Below, piece by piece: positions 60,131 to 64,000 of a DNA stretch of 64,000 nucleotides; the stretch's first letter is position 1, and each line of letters begins with the position of its first letter. This DNA is from Blepharisma stoltei ATCC 30299 (Eukaryota > Protista > Ciliophora): positions 248,001-312,000 of the forward strand of contig CBFDEM010000033.1 in assembly GCA_965603825.1 (NCBI GenBank), in the 5' to 3' direction. Made by a program: the position numbers and the translations under genes. Under the pieces are notes generated by a model. The model made no database searches, was not told where the DNA came from, and saw only the letters and a list, made by a program, of their open reading frames with translations.

Positions 60131-61534
60131 ATGGATATTTATCGACCTTTTCGACTTTCAATTATAGGAAGAAAACAGAGTGATGATGGCTTACATTTAT
60201 GTTTTATTGTTCAAGGATCTAGAATTGATTATCAGTGGCGAGCCAATATCGTGTTTGAAAATTTCGTAATTTGCTATCAAAAACTTAATTCTGATCTTGT
60301 TTATCTTCCAGAGCTGCCAGTGACCGAAATCTATTCCTATGAGCTAAGTCATTTAGAAAGCATTCAAAGACTTCTGAATAAATTGTTTGAAGAGATAGGA
60401 AACAGACCAGACATCATGTCTCATCCTTTGATAGAAGAATTCTTCTCAGTTCCTCAAGAAGCAAGGGTAGTTTCATCAACCCCAAGTCTAACACACAATT
60501 TTCAAGCTTCAGATAAATTTTCTGTCTCAGGGATCGCTTGCATCCCTAAAGAAAAATTAATTTTGGCTTCATTAGAAGATGCATCATATCTTCCACAATT
60601 AGGAAAATTATGAAGCTTAATTGAACCTCAGGAACTTGGAGAAATCATGTTTATCGGAAGAGACTCAGATTTATATATAATTAATGGTCAGCAATCAAAA
60701 GAAAACGTGACATGCTGCTTTTGGCATGAACAAAGCTCAGAAGCAGTTTTTGGGTTTGAGTCTGGAAGTATTGCACTTTGTAGTACCAATCGTATATTAA
60801 CCCCAAATTCTCAAGGCACTTTTGACAATGAAAAATTAAATTTTGGTGAAATTAAGCTGTCTAAACTGCATGGAGCAAAAGTTGTGTGTATAAGGGCAAT
60901 TGATAATTTAATCATATCAATCAGCGTTGATAATTTTTTGAAAGTTTCTCAGTGTAACTGTTAAACAGCCATCAATGGGCATCTTGAACCTGTAGGAGGT
61001 GGGAGTTTACGACAGAGACTTGGAGATGCGAGACTTATTTCGTTAGCAGTTGATCAAAAATCTAAGAAAATCTTTTTGGGAACCAGCATTAATCGAATTT
61101 TGATTTATGTATTGCCAAGCCCGTCTCCAAAATATCTTGAATCTATTACTACCAAGAACGATGGACCAATATCTTGTATTGATGTGAGATGGGGGTAATT
61201 TTAAATCAGAAATATTTTTGTAGGGGATGGAAATGAGCTAATTATTTATCCAAATTGCCCAAATACCAAACAATCTGCTATCTTTCAGCTGCCAGAAGAG
61301 AATGGGAAAGTTGTGAAATCAAGATATCTGGTAGATCAAGAAAAAATCATTGTTGGATTTTCTGTAAGAAATAAATAGAATGGAAATATTATAATATGGC
61401 ACAGCATTTCTGGGAGAATTTTAAGTGCATTTAAAGCTTGCGATTCCGAAATAACCGATCTTGACATTGATGAAGAAGAAAACATATTGGTTGTATCTTC
61501 AAAACTTGGTGAAATTAGAGTTTTTAATTTATAA
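60131..61534 (+). CDS. PX-like domain + WD40 repeat protein (3 introns)
   Basis: LPELP...RPDIMSHPLIEEFF, GKL[W]SLIEP, GGGSLRQRL; introns 60954-60968, 61195-61209, 61364-61378. Confidence 0.75.
60954..60968 (+). other. 15-nt intron (CAG acceptor)
   Basis: GTAACTGTTAAACAG. Confidence 0.85.
61195..61209 (+). other. 15-nt intron (CAG acceptor)
   Basis: GTAATTTTAAATCAG. Confidence 0.85.
61364..61378 (+). other. 15-nt intron
   Basis: GTAAGAAATAAATAG. Confidence 0.85.
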
Positions 61535-61635
61535 TCAATTATAATGATAACTCACACAATTAATATAAGGGATTCTATTATGTAAAAATTCAAATACAGT
61601 TGTTTATTTATGAGAGTTTCAAAAGAAATTTGAAA

Positions 61636-61977
61636 CTAGGATGTCATCAGAACAAAAGTTTTAGATGGACCTATTCTTCTGCATACTTCTCGGTATTCTT
61701 GGGTTACTGCACATATAGGACATAGGAGATGGGCTACACAATCTTTTATGATATGCCCATCAATTAGGAAAGCATCCCGGATTTTTTGTCGATTAAATGC
61801 AGCGCCAATACAGAATCCTAAGCAAACTTTTAAAAACGGTCCTAGCAGATATCCGCCATTTACAATAGCTGTGGTTCGCGATTGAAGCCAGCAGTATCCT
61901 CCTGGAATAAGACAAGCAATGGCACAAGGCCATTGATCTCTACAGACTCCAAAAAATGGTTCTTGAAAATCCACCAT
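61636..61977 (-). CDS. PLAC8-family Cys-rich protein, 113 aa
   Basis: FNRQKIR..F.IDG....DC..HL.CP.CAVTQEYRE. Confidence 0.88.
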   Translation of the reverse strand: MVDFQEPFFGVCRDQWPCAIACLIPGGYCWLQSRTTAIVNGGYLLGPFLKVCLGFCIGAAFNRQKIRDAFLIDGHIIKDCVAHLLCPICAVTQEYREVCRRIGPSKTFVLMTS

Positions 61978-62102
61978 TTTGGTCACTTTAAATTTATATT
62001 TTCAAAAATTCCAAAACTTCAACAGTATTAAATTTATTTAATCTCTTTATACTAGGTTTAGACATATAAGAATTTTCATTAAGATAGCTTCATGAAGTCA
62101 GA

Positions 62103-62948
62103 TTAAGTAAGAAATTGCTCCAAATATTGAGGATTCTCCGGGAGTTTGTATTTTTCCAATATTGTTTCTCTTAAGCCTTCAGACCTGAAAATTTTGAACC
62201 AATCATTGCTATTCTGAAGAATGCCTATCAACTCAACATTTCCTACTTCAGTTAAATTACCCAAAAGTGTTTTTGACGCCTCTTCAATTAGTCTCTCTTT
62301 CTCAATCCTCATAAATACCATATATTTTGACAACTCTTCGCTGCTTTCTACATTTGATACCAATAAAGGCAAACACTCAACACTAACTTCAGCTAAATCT
62401 GATAGCATGCTCCTTATCTCATTTTGCTCCAAAACTCTATTCTCATTTTCATCATATAATAAATATAAAAATTTAATTTTTTTCTTCAACTCTGAATCAG
62501 ATATCAAAATGAATGAGGCAATAATTTTTCTCATATCAAATAATGAATTTTCTTGGAAAGAAAATAGAAACAGTCACATTGGGTCATCAGGATCCTCAAG
62601 TATTTTAGGATTTATTCCAAGCTCATAAAGAGCTCTTTTAAATTGCATCAAACTTAGTTTCTTGTTTATCCCTTCTTTTGAGATGTGCTTAAAAGCCTTT
62701 GAAATTGATTTTTTTGCAAAAATGCAGTTTCTTTCACGATCTCTTATTTCTTTTTCTATTTTTGGTAGAGGAATCGTTGGATTACTTGTGAACAGTTCTT
62801 TTAGGGAAAATGGTATGTCTGAAAAATCGAATTTTGATGTACGCTCTACTTGTGTAGAGGATATTGTATTTTGGGGTTCTGAAGAACAGATGGTTTTTTC
62901 GGCTGAGAGCTGATTGAATGTTGGAATATCATAAGCACAAATACCCAT
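62103..62948 (-). CDS. Myristoylated EF-hand (calcineurin B/NCS-like) protein, 281 aa
   Basis: MGIC start; KIKFLYLLYDENENRVLEQNEI; TGA=Trp 62574. Confidence 0.8.
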
Positions 62949-62979
62949 ATTTATAGAAGCGATTAAGTAGATAAGAAAT

Positions 62980-63676
62980 TAATGACAATTTTTATAGTTA
63001 TTAAAAATACACTCTCTATGCCTCCTGAGATTAAAATTCTTAATGCTTCGCGATTGCTGCAGAATAAGGATTCAAACTCATTAATTCCTAAGTCTTCATT
63101 TGTGCCTAATAAAATCTTATAAGTGTCTCAACATATGATTTTTCTGCTTTTGACAGCAATTAGCTATAGTCAAAATAATCTCTTGAGCTAAATTTATTAG
63201 GTTGGTCTACACCTAAAGATAATATTGGTATTTGGTTAACACTGACATCAAATATATCTGAAATCATTTTTTTCAAATCAGTAAACTTTAAAATGCGAGT
63301 ATTGTTATCTTTATATTGATCAAATAAAACATTTATTTTTTGCCTAGTTCATTGGATGATAGAGAACAGCAGTACAATCCCTTAGCCAAATCCAGTAATT
63401 CTTCAACCATAAAAGAGACAAAAAAACGAAGTAAAGGATTATCTTGCTCTTCAATTGCAGAAAGCTTTAAATCAAGCTCATACAATTCTCGCTTTAGTTG
63501 AGGTATGCAAAGTTGCTTTTTAAATCCCTCCTTTTTGAAGCTTTCAAATACTTTTGATAGTGACTTTTTGTAAAAATAAATCCTTTCAAGTTCTTTTTTA
63601 CAACCCTTTCTTGAGTGGGCAAAGGATTTTAGATTGAAGAAGTGGGAAAACATTAAAGCTTGAGCAGTAATCCCAT
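62980..63676 (-). pseudogene. Degenerate tandem paralog of the 62103-62948 EF-hand gene
   Basis: KKSLSKVF...KEG...QLKRELYEL and (other frame) LFDQYKDNNTRIL...MISDIFDVSVNQIPIL parallel the neighbour; frameshifts and TAA stops. Confidence 0.75.
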
Positions 63677-63699
63677 ATTATCTTATCTTGTACGGTGCA

Positions 63700-64000
63700 T
63701 TTTAATTTATCAGTTAAATTTATTATCTTTGAAATCCAGCTTTTTTCTGGACAAATTATTAATTTTCAATTCATCCATGATATCTCAAATAATCTATTTC
63801 ATTGCATTTCCGATATGCTCTCAACCTTTCGCATTTTAAGAAGACTGTCAACAGTAGATCCCTCAGAAAAACTCATTTTTGCTTCATATAAGTGGTGAAG
63901 CTCAAACGATGCTTTGCATCCGTACACTGATGTCAGAATCAATTTTATCAAAAATTGCTTAGGGCTTTCAGGGCCAAAACCTTTCGCAAACATGAAAATT
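63700..64000 (-). CDS. Possible 3' fragment of a gene extending beyond the window (or a relic)
   Basis: Open frame from the window edge through TGA 63799; true stop unclear because it runs into the pseudogene. Confidence 0.3.

Overview
Gene-dense, AT-rich eukaryotic DNA from a heterotrich ciliate macronuclear genome, most likely Blepharisma. UGA is read as Trp (about 52 in-frame TGA codons, many at invariant Trp positions), only TAA/TAG terminate genes, and introns are 15 nt (GT...A-5nt...AG). The supplied standard-code ORF track therefore fragments most genes. After recoding I find about 37 protein genes, including Rab, GUF1, CFAP96-like, PHT5-like MFS, SLC35F, Unkempt-like, WDR47, TRIM-like, TAF1, VIT-vWA, di-ubiquitin, MKT1, RquA, S10 carboxypeptidase, RPL19, VDAC, RPN8, WDR44-like, HtrA and PLAC8. 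There is also one tRNA-Glu, one good and one weak box C/D snoRNA, and three pseudogene relics. Most interesting: an 87-aa HEXIM-like microprotein with a PHNT(T) motif, a mitochondrion-targeted rhodoquinone enzyme RquA, a strong +4 A bias after UGA-Trp codons, a Cys-to-Ser amidinotransferase pseudoenzyme, a tRNA-Glu with C33, and a decayed ubiquitin array. No CRISPR, rRNA or recognisable transposon was seen. All family assignments come from motif recognition by eye; no searches were run.
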